Of a DNA stretch of 29,635 nt, positions 1-8,393 are shown in pieces. This DNA is from Eubacteriales bacterium (GTDB taxonomy: Bacteria; Bacillota; Clostridia; Oscillospirales; CAG-272). The stretch is taken from positions 1 through 29,635 of the forward strand of contig JAZRNC010000124.1 of the NCBI GenBank assembly GCA_045647965.1, given 5' to 3'. The translations under genes were made by a program, and so were the position numbers. Position 1 is the stretch's first letter. Every line of letters begins with the position of its first letter. The notes beneath the pieces are model-generated. The model worked only from the letters and a program-made list of their open reading frames with translations. It made no database searches and was not told where the DNA came from.

Positions 1-125
1 GCGCAAGCTTCTGCTCTGAGAGCATCTGCCTGTTCTTCCGAACCGTCGATCCATACGATCTTGTCGGGGCAAGTGAGTGCAGCCATTTCATCGATCCAGG
101 AAAGGATGTGCTTGTTAGTTGTCAT
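1..125 (-). CDS. pckG: Phosphoenolpyruvate carboxykinase (GTP), N-terminal fragment running off the window
   Basis: Manual minus-strand translation from ATG at 125 gives MTTNKHILSWIDEMAALTCPDKIVWIDGSEEQADALRAEAC, matching the clostridial GTP-PEPCK N-terminus (W..E...L..PD.IVWIDGSEE). RBS GAAGGAG at 131-137. Not in the ORF track because it is truncated. Confidence 0.85.
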   Translation of the reverse strand, partial: MTTNKHILSWIDEMAALTCPDKIVWIDGSEEQADALRAEAC

Positions 126-206
126 GATAACTCCTTCTTTATATTTATAAATTTTTTACAGATATCCGATGTGCGCACCGGGATAACCCAAATTACGCTA
201 CTATAC

Positions 207-235
207 ATTATACACAATGTGAAGCGTAATTTCAA
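207..235 (-). promoter_or_regulatory. sigma-A-type promoter for pckG
   Basis: Minus strand: TTGAAA (235-230), 17-nt spacer, TATAAT (212-207). Confidence 0.7.
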
Positions 236-450
236 GCATATAAACGATTTTTTTTTATTTTTACATTTTCTTCACAAAAATTGTACCGTTCTTCCTTCGT
301 TTTGTGCGGATCTAAAAAAACAAACGAATAATTGCTTTGTTTACCTCTGAAATTGTTGTTTTTTACGAAAAAATTGATGAGATTACGACAGTAAAGGATA
401 TAATATTATTTTGCGAAAAAACAAAAAGAGAAAAACGTTCGTAAAAATCA

Positions 451-462
451 GAACAAGTGTTT
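451..462 (+). promoter_or_regulatory. LexA operator (Gram-positive SOS box) overlapping the lexA -35
   Basis: GAAC-AAGT-GTTT matches the Firmicutes consensus GAAC-N4-GTTY and overlaps the -35 element (460-465), as expected for autorepression. Confidence 0.8.
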
Positions 463-488
463 ACTTTCTTTATAAAATATGGTATAAT
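460..488 (+). promoter_or_regulatory. lexA promoter
   Basis: TTTACT (460-465), 17-nt spacer, TG-G-TATAAT extended -10 (480-488). Confidence 0.75.
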
Positions 489-570
489 ACATGCGGGAAC
501 ACATCCCGTATGGGATAGTATTTGGAACAGCAAGACCTGACTCATACGATTTATATTTGGGAGGAGCGTT

Positions 571-1191
571 ATGTTTCAACTGGAACCGAAAGAACAACTG
601 ATTTTTGATTACATAAAAGAGAATATTAAAAAGAACGGATATTCACCGTCGATTCGGGATATATGCACAGCACTGAATATAAAAAGTACGTCAACGGTAC
701 ACACGTGTCTTGACAAACTTGAGAAAAAAGGGTATATTCAAAAGGAAAACGGAAAAAGCCGTACCGTGAGAATCGAAGGCGTTATGATGGACGAGCTCGA
801 GGAAAACGTGGATAAGAGTAGCGTGCCGATCATCGGTAAGGTTACGGCGGGAGTTCCGATTCTGGCGGTCGAAAACTTTGACGGATATATCCAGTATCCG
901 AAGGGATTTCGGCCTATGCCGGATAACGAGCTGTTTGCGCTTCGGGTAACCGGAACGAGTATGATCGAGGCGGGTATTCTTGACGGGGATATCGTGATCG
1001 TGGAAAAAACGCCGATTGCTGAAAACGGTGACATTGTGGTGGCACTGATCGACGACGAAGCCACCGTAAAAACTTTTTATAAAGAGGACGGGCATTTTCG
1101 TCTTCAGCCGGAGAATCGGACGATGCTTCCGATTATCGTAAACAGTTTGATGATACTTGGAAAAGTCGTTACGAGTTTGCGCTTTTACTGA
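571..1191 (+). CDS. lexA: SOS transcriptional repressor LexA
   Basis: N-terminal wHTH (PSIRDIC...STSTVH..L..LEKKGYI), Ala-Gly cleavage site (VTAGVP), catalytic Ser (VTGTSM) and Lys (EATVK). RBS GGGAGG upstream. Confidence 0.97.
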   Translation: MFQLEPKEQLIFDYIKENIKKNGYSPSIRDICTALNIKSTSTVHTCLDKLEKKGYIQKENGKSRTVRIEGVMMDELEENVDKSSVPIIGKVTAGVPILAVENFDGYIQYPKGFRPMPDNELFALRVTGTSMIEAGILDGDIVIVEKTPIAENGDIVVALIDDEATVKTFYKEDGHFRLQPENRTMLPIIVNSLMILGKVVTSLRFY

Positions 1192-1255
1192 TCGTATCGA
1201 TTGGTTGACTTTGAATAAATTTGAATAAATATGATATGCACAAAAGGAGAGTACT

Positions 1256-2314
1256 ATGAAAAAATGTATTAACGTCGGTCTTGTGGGACTCGGACGTGCG
1301 GGCAACGGTATGCACAGATGTGAACTTCGCCACAGACAGGATCAATTCAAATTTTACGCTGTTTGTGATGTGATCGAAGAAAGAGCTGACGATTTTGTCA
1401 AAGAATTCGGCAGTAAAGTTTATACGAGAATCGAAGATCTCTTGGCGGATCCGAACGTGGAACTGGTAACGATCGCGACTCGTTCCGTAGACCATTTCAA
1501 GCACGCTAAAATGGCTCTTCTTGCAGGAAAAGATGTGCTCATTGAAAAACCGTTTGGGATTACTGTCGCTCAGGCAGAAGAACTCATCGCGCTTGGCAAT
1601 GAACCGGCAGGCCCTCATATTTATGTGAGACACAATCGCCGCTTTGAAACGGGCTTCCGTCTTGTAAACGAAATTATTGCTTCCGGAAAGCTCGGGCAGG
1701 TGTACCAGGTCAAGCTGGCGAGAGACGAATACAACCGCCGCTTTGACTGGCAGACTCTGAAGGAATACGGCGGAGGACACCTCTTTAACTGGGGTTCACA
1801 CATTATTGATCACGCGCTTCATTTCTGCGGCGGCGATTATCTTGAACTGTATTCTTCGCTTCGTCACGTGACGGCGGCGGGAGACTGCGAGGACCACGCG
1901 AAACTCGTGTTCACGGGAATCAACGGGGTGACGGTAGATATGGAAGTGTCGTACGGTGTAGCACTGCCGATGCCGGAATACATAATTTACGGTTCCAAGG
2001 GTACTTTGATTTCCGAAGGAAAATCCCTCCATTTGAGATATCTCGATCCGTCTCTGGAGCTTCAACCGATCGAAGCGTATCACGAAACTCCCGGTGCATC
2101 CACATCGTCGAGAAATCAGGAAAAACTCGTTTTCGTGGATGAATACGTAGACGCTTCGGCAGATTGGTCGGGCGCTATGTGGGATGCTTTGTATGCGGCG
2201 ATTTGCGAAGGAATCCCGTACCCGGTCAAACTGGAAGAAGCGATCAAGGTCATCGAGGTTATCGAGGAAGTAAAAGAAGGAACAATCTTCGAAAACAAAC
2301 CGGCGAATGAGTAA
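1256..2314 (+). CDS. Gfo/Idh/MocA family NAD(P)-dependent oxidoreductase
   Basis: Rossmann motif VGLVGLGRAG, EKP motif, HNRRF, GGHLFNWGSHIID. RBS AAAGGAG. Confidence 0.9.
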   Translation: MKKCINVGLVGLGRAGNGMHRCELRHRQDQFKFYAVCDVIEERADDFVKEFGSKVYTRIEDLLADPNVELVTIATRSVDHFKHAKMALLAGKDVLIEKPFGITVAQAEELIALGNEPAGPHIYVRHNRRFETGFRLVNEIIASGKLGQVYQVKLARDEYNRRFDWQTLKEYGGGHLFNWGSHIIDHALHFCGGDYLELYSSLRHVTAAGDCEDHAKLVFTGINGVTVDMEVSYGVALPMPEYIIYGSKGTLISEGKSLHLRYLDPSLELQPIEAYHETPGASTSSRNQEKLVFVDEYVDASADWSGAMWDALYAAICEGIPYPVKLEEAIKVIEVIEEVKEGTIFENKPANE

Positions 2315-2361
2315 TGAAATCTGAACGAAAAATACAATACAAAAACACAAAGGAGAAAATC

Positions 2362-2769
2362 ATGGCAAACGAATTGATTAAGGGTATGGGGTTCCACCAT
2401 ATCGCAGTAAAGGCAGAGAATTTTGAAGAATCCTTCAAGTTCTATACGGAAGGTCTTGGTATGAAGTTCTACACCATGTGGGGTGAGGGCGACAAGCGTA
2501 TCGCAATGCTGGACCTCGGAGACGGCGGAATTCTCGAACTGTTTGCGGGCGGAGAATCGGTTGTGACGGGCAACGGCGGATATATTCACTTCGCGATGAA
2601 GGTGGATGATGTTGACCAGGCATTTGAAGCAGCACTGAAGGCAGGAGCAAAACCGAAGATCGCACCGAAAGTTGTTCCGCTTGAATCCTCTCCCGTGAAA
2701 CTGACACTGAACTGTGCATTCGTATACGGTCCGAGTGGAGAAGAATTGGAATTCTTCCGCATTCTGTAA
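2362..2769 (+). CDS. VOC family (glyoxalase-like) metalloprotein
   Basis: Four typical metal ligands: HHIAV, ILELF, IHFAM, ELEFF. Start moved from 2314 to ATG 2362, which follows AAGGAG. Confidence 0.88.
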   Translation: MANELIKGMGFHHIAVKAENFEESFKFYTEGLGMKFYTMWGEGDKRIAMLDLGDGGILELFAGGESVVTGNGGYIHFAMKVDDVDQAFEAALKAGAKPKIAPKVVPLESSPVKLTLNCAFVYGPSGEELEFFRIL

Positions 2770-2793
2770 GACTTTGATAAAGGAGTTTTTGAT

Positions 2794-3087
2794 ATGATAG
2801 CAACTCTTGTTTTCGTTGACGTGATTCCCGAACAGGTGGAAGCGTTCGCTGAGATAACGAAATATAACCACGAGAATTCCAGAAAAGAGCCCGGCAACGT
2901 TCGCTTTGACGTTCTGCGCGACAATAAGGATCCGAACAAATTCATTCTTTATGAAGTGTACGAAAGCGAAGCTGCGGCTGCTCTCCATAAGGAAACCGAA
3001 CACTATAAAAAGTGGCGTGAGACGGTAGCTCCTATGATGGCAACTCCGCGCAGCAGCATTCCGACGACACCGTATTGCTTTGACTAA
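2794..3087 (+). CDS. ABM-domain protein, LsrG-like (putative phospho-DPD isomerase / quinol monooxygenase fold)
   Basis: ATLVFVDV...NHENSRKEPGNVRFDVLRD....FILYEVY..E.A...HKET.HY..W matches the LsrG/YgiN ABM pattern. RBS AAAGGAG. Confidence 0.8.
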   Translation: MIATLVFVDVIPEQVEAFAEITKYNHENSRKEPGNVRFDVLRDNKDPNKFILYEVYESEAAAALHKETEHYKKWRETVAPMMATPRSSIPTTPYCFD

Positions 3088-3739
3088 GATAACGAACCGT
3101 GATTTCTACCGCAGAGATGCTTTGACCCTCGCACGGGATTTGATCGGCAAAACTCTCGTTCACCGTGTGGATGGGGTGGAGCTGCGGGGAATCATCTCGG
3201 AAACCGAAGCGTATATGGGCGTGACGGATCGCGCATCCCACGCTTACGGAGGACGCAGAACAAAGCGAACCGAAACGATGTATCTCGAGGGTGGGTACGC
3301 TTACGTATATCTCATTTACGGAATTTATTCGTGTATGAATATCACCGCGTCTCATACGGACAATCCCGAAGCGGTGCTGATACGTGCGGTATATTCCCCG
3401 GAATCTGTCGGTGCGCTGATCGGTAATCTAAAGAAGCATGGCGGAAAAAGCAACGCTTTGTGGACAAAAGAGCATCTATCGGAGAAAGAAATTTATTCTC
3501 TGACGAACGGACCCGGAAAACTTTGCCGAGCTTTTGGTTTGAGCAGGGAACACGATGCGTGCGATATGATGTCGGATCATTTGTATCTCTGCGACGAAGG
3601 ATACACGGCAGAGGAGATCGTGGCTTCCCCGAGAATCGGGATCGATTACGCCGGTGAGGCAGCCGCCTATCCGTGGAGATTTACGGCGTCGTGCCGCGGA
3701 GGTGTTCCATCGTTCATCAGCGCTTGCTGTGATCCGTGA
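3080..3739 (+). CDS. mpg: DNA-3-methyladenine glycosylase (MPG/AAG family)
   Basis: LARDLIGK, ISETEAY, GYAYVYLIYG, EAVLIRA, NGPGKLC, PRIGI, PWRF. The TTG start overlaps the upstream ORF by 8 nt. Confidence 0.93.
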   Translation: MTKITNRDFYRRDALTLARDLIGKTLVHRVDGVELRGIISETEAYMGVTDRASHAYGGRRTKRTETMYLEGGYAYVYLIYGIYSCMNITASHTDNPEAVLIRAVYSPESVGALIGNLKKHGGKSNALWTKEHLSEKEIYSLTNGPGKLCRAFGLSREHDACDMMSDHLYLCDEGYTAEEIVASPRIGIDYAGEAAAYPWRFTASCRGGVPSFISACCDP

Positions 3740-3755
3740 CAAAACCAAATAAATT

Positions 3756-3802
3756 AAAAAGAGTTTTCTCTCGCTGTATGATGACGGGAGAAAACTTTTT
3801 TT
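3756..3802 (+). terminator. Rho-independent terminator after mpg
   Basis: AGTTTTCTCTCG ... CGGGAGAAAACT inverted repeat (one G-U pair), flanked by an A-run and a T-run. Confidence 0.85.
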
Positions 3803-3906
3803 GTTTTTTAGACATTGTTTTGCAAAAAACAACAAAAAGATTCGTGATTTAACACAAATTTACATTAAAACAATTGAACAATTTCAACCAATGTATCAAA
3901 AACCAC

Positions 3907-3935
3907 TTGAAAAGTAATAACTAATAATGTATAAT
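3907..3935 (+). promoter_or_regulatory. sigma-A-type promoter of the glg operon
   Basis: TTGAAA (3907-3912), 17-nt spacer, TATAAT (3930-3935). RBS GGAGGTG precedes ATG 3966. Confidence 0.75.
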
Positions 3936-3965
3936 ATTCTTATATATAAACGGAGGTGTAAAATA

Positions 3966-5945
3966 ATGGCTTCGGAAAAACAACCTTTGCGAGAAGATGA
4001 ATCCTTGCCCGCGTATTTTTTTCATCAGGGCACGAATGATACGGTGTATCGTTTCCTTGGTGTTCATTTGACGAAAAATGATGGGGTTTTTGAATATACA
4101 TTTCGAGTATGGGCACCGAATGCAGTAAAAATCTGTTTGTTCAGTGATTTTACGGATTGGGAAGTGGGAGTTCCATTTGAAAAAATCACGGATGAGGGTG
4201 TTTGGCGTTTAACGATCACCTCCGATGAGTCCCTAAACGGACAATTCTATAAATTCGGCGTGACCGGGCAAAACGGTGTGATGCATATGAAAGCCGACCC
4301 GTATGCGTTTCATTCGGAAACGATGAAAAAGACGGCATCCATCGTTTATGACGGCTCGGATTTCGTCTGGACGGATGCTGAATGGTTGAAGCACCGCAAA
4401 AACACCGTATGTCCCGTTCAGCGCGGGTTCAAACCGAAGGTGAATCATTTCTATAGTGCGCCGCTGAACATTTATGAGGTGCATCTTGGTTCCTGGCGTA
4501 CACTGGACGGAAAATGTACCACGGACGGAGAACATTACCTTGGGTATCGGGAACTTGCTGACAAGCTTGCGCCGTATCTTGCAGATATGGGGTACACTCA
4601 TATAGAATTATTACCCATTATGGAGCATCCGTTCGACGGTTCGTGGGGGTATCAGGTCTGCGGATATTACGCACCCACGTCACGTTTCGGTACTCCCGAC
4701 GATTTTCGGTATTTTGTCAATAAACTGCACTCTGCTGGAATCGGCGTGATCCTTGACTGGGTACCCGCGCATTTCCCGCGGGATGAACACGGTTTGTTTG
4801 AGTTCGACGGACAGCCCCTCTATGAGTATCAGGGTTGGGACAGAATGGACAATAAAAACTGGGGTACCCGTTATTTTGATGTTGGACGACCCGAAGTGCA
4901 GTCGTTCCTTGTGTCAAATGCGATGTTTTGGCTGAGAGAATTTCACATTGATGGCCTTCGAATCGATGCCGTGGCATCCATGCTGTATTTAGATTTTGAT
5001 AAAGCACCGGGCGAGTGGATCCCGAACAGTGACGGCGGCAACCGAAACCCCGAAGCGATCGCGTTTTTCAGAAAACTGAATACGACGGTATTTGGTGAAT
5101 TCCCCGATGCTTTGATGATTGCGGAGGAATCCACGGATTGGCCGATGATAACGAAACCTGTGTATAATGGCGGGCTCGGATTCAATTTCAAATGGAATAT
5201 GGGATTTGCAAACGATATGTACGACTATGTGGCGACCGACCCGTATTACAGAAAACACAAGCATGATAGGCTGACGTTCCCGCTCATGTATGCTTTTAAT
5301 GAGAACTACATTCTTCCGGTATCACACGATGAGGTAGTCCACGGTAAGAAATCTCTTGTTGATAAAATGTTCGGAGAATACGATAAGAAATTCTCGGGAA
5401 TGCGTACGTTTTTATTGTATATGATGACGCTTCCCGGAAAAAAGATGTTGTTCATGGGAACGGAGTACGCGCAGTTCCGTGAATGGGATTATGAAAACCA
5501 ACTTGAGTGGTTTATGACGGATTACCCACGCCACGAAGAAATGATGAGGTTTGTAAAACTGCTCAACCATTTTTACCTCCAAAATTCCGAGCTGTGGGAA
5601 ATCGACGATACGTGGGACGGATTCGAATGGGTTGATGCGGATCTTGCGGATATGAACGTAATTTCGTATAAACGAATCAATAAGAAGGGAAAAGAGCTCT
5701 TCGTGATTCTCAACTTCTCGGACACTATCATCGAAAACTATACGTTAGCCGTTGGGAAAAAAGGACGGTATGAAGAGGTACTGTCCACCGATTCGTATAT
5801 GTTCGGCGGAAATAATATTCTAAACCGCGAAGTTATGCAGACGAGAGTGATATCCGAAAGCAACGGACAGAAGCAAAACGGAATTGACCTTATGCTTCCG
5901 CCGCTTGGTGGTGTCATTATCCGAAAACAGCAAACCAAAGACTGA
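3966..5945 (+). CDS. glgB: 1,4-alpha-glucan branching enzyme
   Basis: FRVWAPNA, IYEVHLGSW, SWGYQ, DWVPAHFP, catalytic GLRIDAVASM / IAEES / SHDEVVHGK. Start at 3966 chosen from the RBS. Confidence 0.97.
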   Translation: MASEKQPLREDESLPAYFFHQGTNDTVYRFLGVHLTKNDGVFEYTFRVWAPNAVKICLFSDFTDWEVGVPFEKITDEGVWRLTITSDESLNGQFYKFGVTGQNGVMHMKADPYAFHSETMKKTASIVYDGSDFVWTDAEWLKHRKNTVCPVQRGFKPKVNHFYSAPLNIYEVHLGSWRTLDGKCTTDGEHYLGYRELADKLAPYLADMGYTHIELLPIMEHPFDGSWGYQVCGYYAPTSRFGTPDDFRYFVNKLHSAGIGVILDWVPAHFPRDEHGLFEFDGQPLYEYQGWDRMDNKNWGTRYFDVGRPEVQSFLVSNAMFWLREFHIDGLRIDAVASMLYLDFDKAPGEWIPNSDGGNRNPEAIAFFRKLNTTVFGEFPDALMIAEESTDWPMITKPVYNGGLGFNFKWNMGFANDMYDYVATDPYYRKHKHDRLTFPLMYAFNENYILPVSHDEVVHGKKSLVDKMFGEYDKKFSGMRTFLLYMMTLPGKKMLFMGTEYAQFREWDYENQLEWFMTDYPRHEEMMRFVKLLNHFYLQNSELWEIDDTWDGFEWVDADLADMNVISYKRINKKGKELFVILNFSDTIIENYTLAVGKKGRYEEVLSTDSYMFGGNNILNREVMQTRVISESNGQKQNGIDLMLPPLGGVIIRKQQTKD

Positions 5946-5990
5946 TCAGATGTCATAAATATAAAAAATATTACTTCTTGGAGGTTTATC

Positions 5991-7196
5991 ATGTATAAAA
6001 AACAAGAATGTGTGGCAATGCTTCTTGCCGGTGGACAGGGAAGCCGCCTTTACACTCTCACAGAAAAAACAGCAAAGCCTGCTGTTCGCTTTGGAGGAAA
6101 ATACCGTATCATCGACTTTCCTCTCTCTAACTGTGTGAATTCGGGCATTTATACGGTCGGTGTTCTCACGCAGTATCAGCCTCTCGTTTTGAATGAATAT
6201 ATCGGAAGCGGACACCCCTGGGACCTTGACCGAGGCCAGAGTGGTGTGAGAGTTCTGCCGCCCTATCAGGGAAAATCCGGTGCGGATTGGTATAAGGGAA
6301 CGGCTAACGCGATCTATCAGAACCTCGATTATATCAACCGTTACGATCCCGATTACGTTCTCATTCTGTCCGGTGACCATATCTATAAAATGGACTATGC
6401 GAAAATGCTGGAAGCGCATAAGAAAATGAATGCGGACTGTACGATCGCCGTACTTGAAGTGCCGATGGAAGAAGCGAGCCGCTTTGGTATTATGAATACG
6501 GATGAAAACTTGAAAATCGTGGATTTTGAAGAAAAACCGAAGGTGCCGCGCAGCAATAAGGCGTCGATGGGTATTTACATTTTCTCGAAAGATGTTCTTG
6601 AAAAGTATCTCATCGAAGATGAAGCAGATCCCGAATCCTCCAAGGACTTTGGTAAAAACATCATTCCCAAAATGCTTGCGGAGGGATGTAAAATGTACGC
6701 CTATCCCTTCAGCGGATATTGGAAGGATGTCGGAACGATCCAGTCTCTGTGGGAAGCGAATATGGACTTGATCGGAGACAACCCGGAATTCAATCTCAGA
6801 GATCGTCAGTGGCGTATTTATTCCAGAAACTATTCCGAGCCTCCGCAGTATATCGGTGATTTTGCAAAAATTTCCAATTCGCTGATTACGGAAGGATGCC
6901 ATATTGAAGGTATCGTTGAAAACTCCGTTCTCGGAAGTGGAGTAAGGGTTGCGCGCGGTGCGTATATTAAGGACTCGGTGATCCTGCCGAACGTAACGGT
7001 TTGTGAGGGCACGACGATCAATTACTCGATCGTGGACAACGATACGGTGATCGGTGCGGGATGTGTCATCGGAAGAACCAAAAACAGCGGCGAACAGATC
7101 ACCGTCATCGGCGCGGATCTTGAGATCGCACCCGGTACGGACGTAGCGGGTGGTGAAATGGTAAATGCTGAATGGCTGAAAAACAATAAGAAATAA
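5991..7196 (+). CDS. glgC: Glucose-1-phosphate adenylyltransferase, catalytic subunit
   Basis: [47 protein letters not shown]; C-terminal left-handed beta-helix repeats. Confidence 0.97.
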   Translation: MYKKQECVAMLLAGGQGSRLYTLTEKTAKPAVRFGGKYRIIDFPLSNCVNSGIYTVGVLTQYQPLVLNEYIGSGHPWDLDRGQSGVRVLPPYQGKSGADWYKGTANAIYQNLDYINRYDPDYVLILSGDHIYKMDYAKMLEAHKKMNADCTIAVLEVPMEEASRFGIMNTDENLKIVDFEEKPKVPRSNKASMGIYIFSKDVLEKYLIEDEADPESSKDFGKNIIPKMLAEGCKMYAYPFSGYWKDVGTIQSLWEANMDLIGDNPEFNLRDRQWRIYSRNYSEPPQYIGDFAKISNSLITEGCHIEGIVENSVLGSGVRVARGAYIKDSVILPNVTVCEGTTINYSIVDNDTVIGAGCVIGRTKNSGEQITVIGADLEIAPGTDVAGGEMVNAEWLKNNKK

Positions 7197-7214
7197 GAGA
7201 GGACGGAGTAAATT

Positions 7215-8348
7215 ATGTCAGCATCAGGAATTATTTTTTCAAATATACACGATAATAATATACCGGAGCTTACTCGTTTGAGAACGGTGGCATCCGTTCC
7301 GTTTGCGTGCAGATACCGTTTTATCGATTTTACTCTTTCGAATATGGTAAACTCCAATATTTTTAATATCAACGTCATTACCCATTACAATTATCAGTCA
7401 CTTATGGACCATATCGGTTCGGGTAAAGATTGGGACCTGGCACGCCGTTCCGGCGGTATCAAAATTTTGCCCCCGTATATCACGGCGTACGCAAACAACA
7501 TCAACTCTCTGTACCAAACTCGTCTGGAAGCGTTGAAGAGTGTAAACTATTCCATCCGTCGTATCACGGATGAATACGTGGTTATGTCCGACTGTGACGT
7601 GATTTGTAACATTGACCTCAATGATATCATTGCGTACCATCAGAAGACGGAGGCGGATATGACGATTGCCGTAAAGACGGTAGACCTTACTCCCGAGACT
7701 GCAAAAATCAATACGATTTTTAAATCCGATGAAGAAGGCCGAGTCACGGATGTACTGACCTATCCCACCGATTTCAGCGGTACGGCGGATATCAGTCTTA
7801 ATATCATCGTTATGAATACATCGTATCTTCAGTCGATCGTTATGGATGCAATCGCGCACAACTATGTAAGCCTTACACGCGATATTATCGCAAGAAATAT
7901 GGCGCATAGAAATTACAGAATCTATAAATACGACGGTTATTTTGCAACGATCTCGTCCTTTGTGGATTACTATAAGCATAGTATGGAACTGCTTACAAAC
8001 CAGGGTGCGAGAGAGTCTCTTTTCAACGTGAAGAACCGTCCGGTTTATACGAAAGTAAGAAACTCCATCCCTGCATATTACAGCTCGACTTCAAGCATTA
8101 AAAATTCGATGGTAGCCGACGGATGCTACATTGAAGGTACGGTGGAAAATTCCATCATCTTCCGTGGGGCAAAGGTCGGAAAGAATGCGACGGTCAAAAA
8201 CAGTATTATCATGCAGGATACGGTAATCGGCGACGGCGTTTTCCTGAATTGCGTCATTACGGACAAAAACGCGGTAATTCGCGACGGCAGAATGCTGTGC
8301 GGAGCGGATACGCAGCCGTTCTACGTTCCGAAAGGACAAATGCTGTAA
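7215..8348 (+). CDS. glgD: Glucose-1-phosphate adenylyltransferase, GlgD subunit
   Basis: GlgC paralog lacking the GGxGxRL motif, with RTVASVPFACRYRFIDF, DHIGSGKDWDL and GCYIEGTVENS; directly after glgC as in Firmicutes. Confidence 0.95.
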   Translation: MSASGIIFSNIHDNNIPELTRLRTVASVPFACRYRFIDFTLSNMVNSNIFNINVITHYNYQSLMDHIGSGKDWDLARRSGGIKILPPYITAYANNINSLYQTRLEALKSVNYSIRRITDEYVVMSDCDVICNIDLNDIIAYHQKTEADMTIAVKTVDLTPETAKINTIFKSDEEGRVTDVLTYPTDFSGTADISLNIIVMNTSYLQSIVMDAIAHNYVSLTRDIIARNMAHRNYRIYKYDGYFATISSFVDYYKHSMELLTNQGARESLFNVKNRPVYTKVRNSIPAYYSSTSSIKNSMVADGCYIEGTVENSIIFRGAKVGKNATVKNSIIMQDTVIGDGVFLNCVITDKNAVIRDGRMLCGADTQPFYVPKGQML

Positions 8349-8393
8349 CCGAGTTTGATGATAGTGAATAAATAAAAAATAGGGGGATTGCAT

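Noticed and set aside
374-404. Second lexA promoter TTGATG-N19-TATAAT
   Set aside because: Over-long spacer in AT-rich DNA; the downstream promoter with the SOS box fits better.
494-516. Mutually exclusive hairpins in the lexA leader (CGGGA/TCCCG versus ATCCC/GGGAT)
   Set aside because: Only 5-bp stems, and the first arm straddles the predicted start site.
108-545. ORFs 108-350 (+) and 363-545 (-)
   Set aside because: Low-complexity translations of the AT-rich divergent promoter region; they overlap the pckG start and both promoters.
5946-6902. 318-aa antisense ORF, and similar long shadow ORFs (691-1305, 1169-1780, 2116-3003, 21905-22522, 27714-28505)
   Set aside because: They lie opposite well-supported genes, show no recognisable motifs or RBS, and are expected codon-usage shadows.
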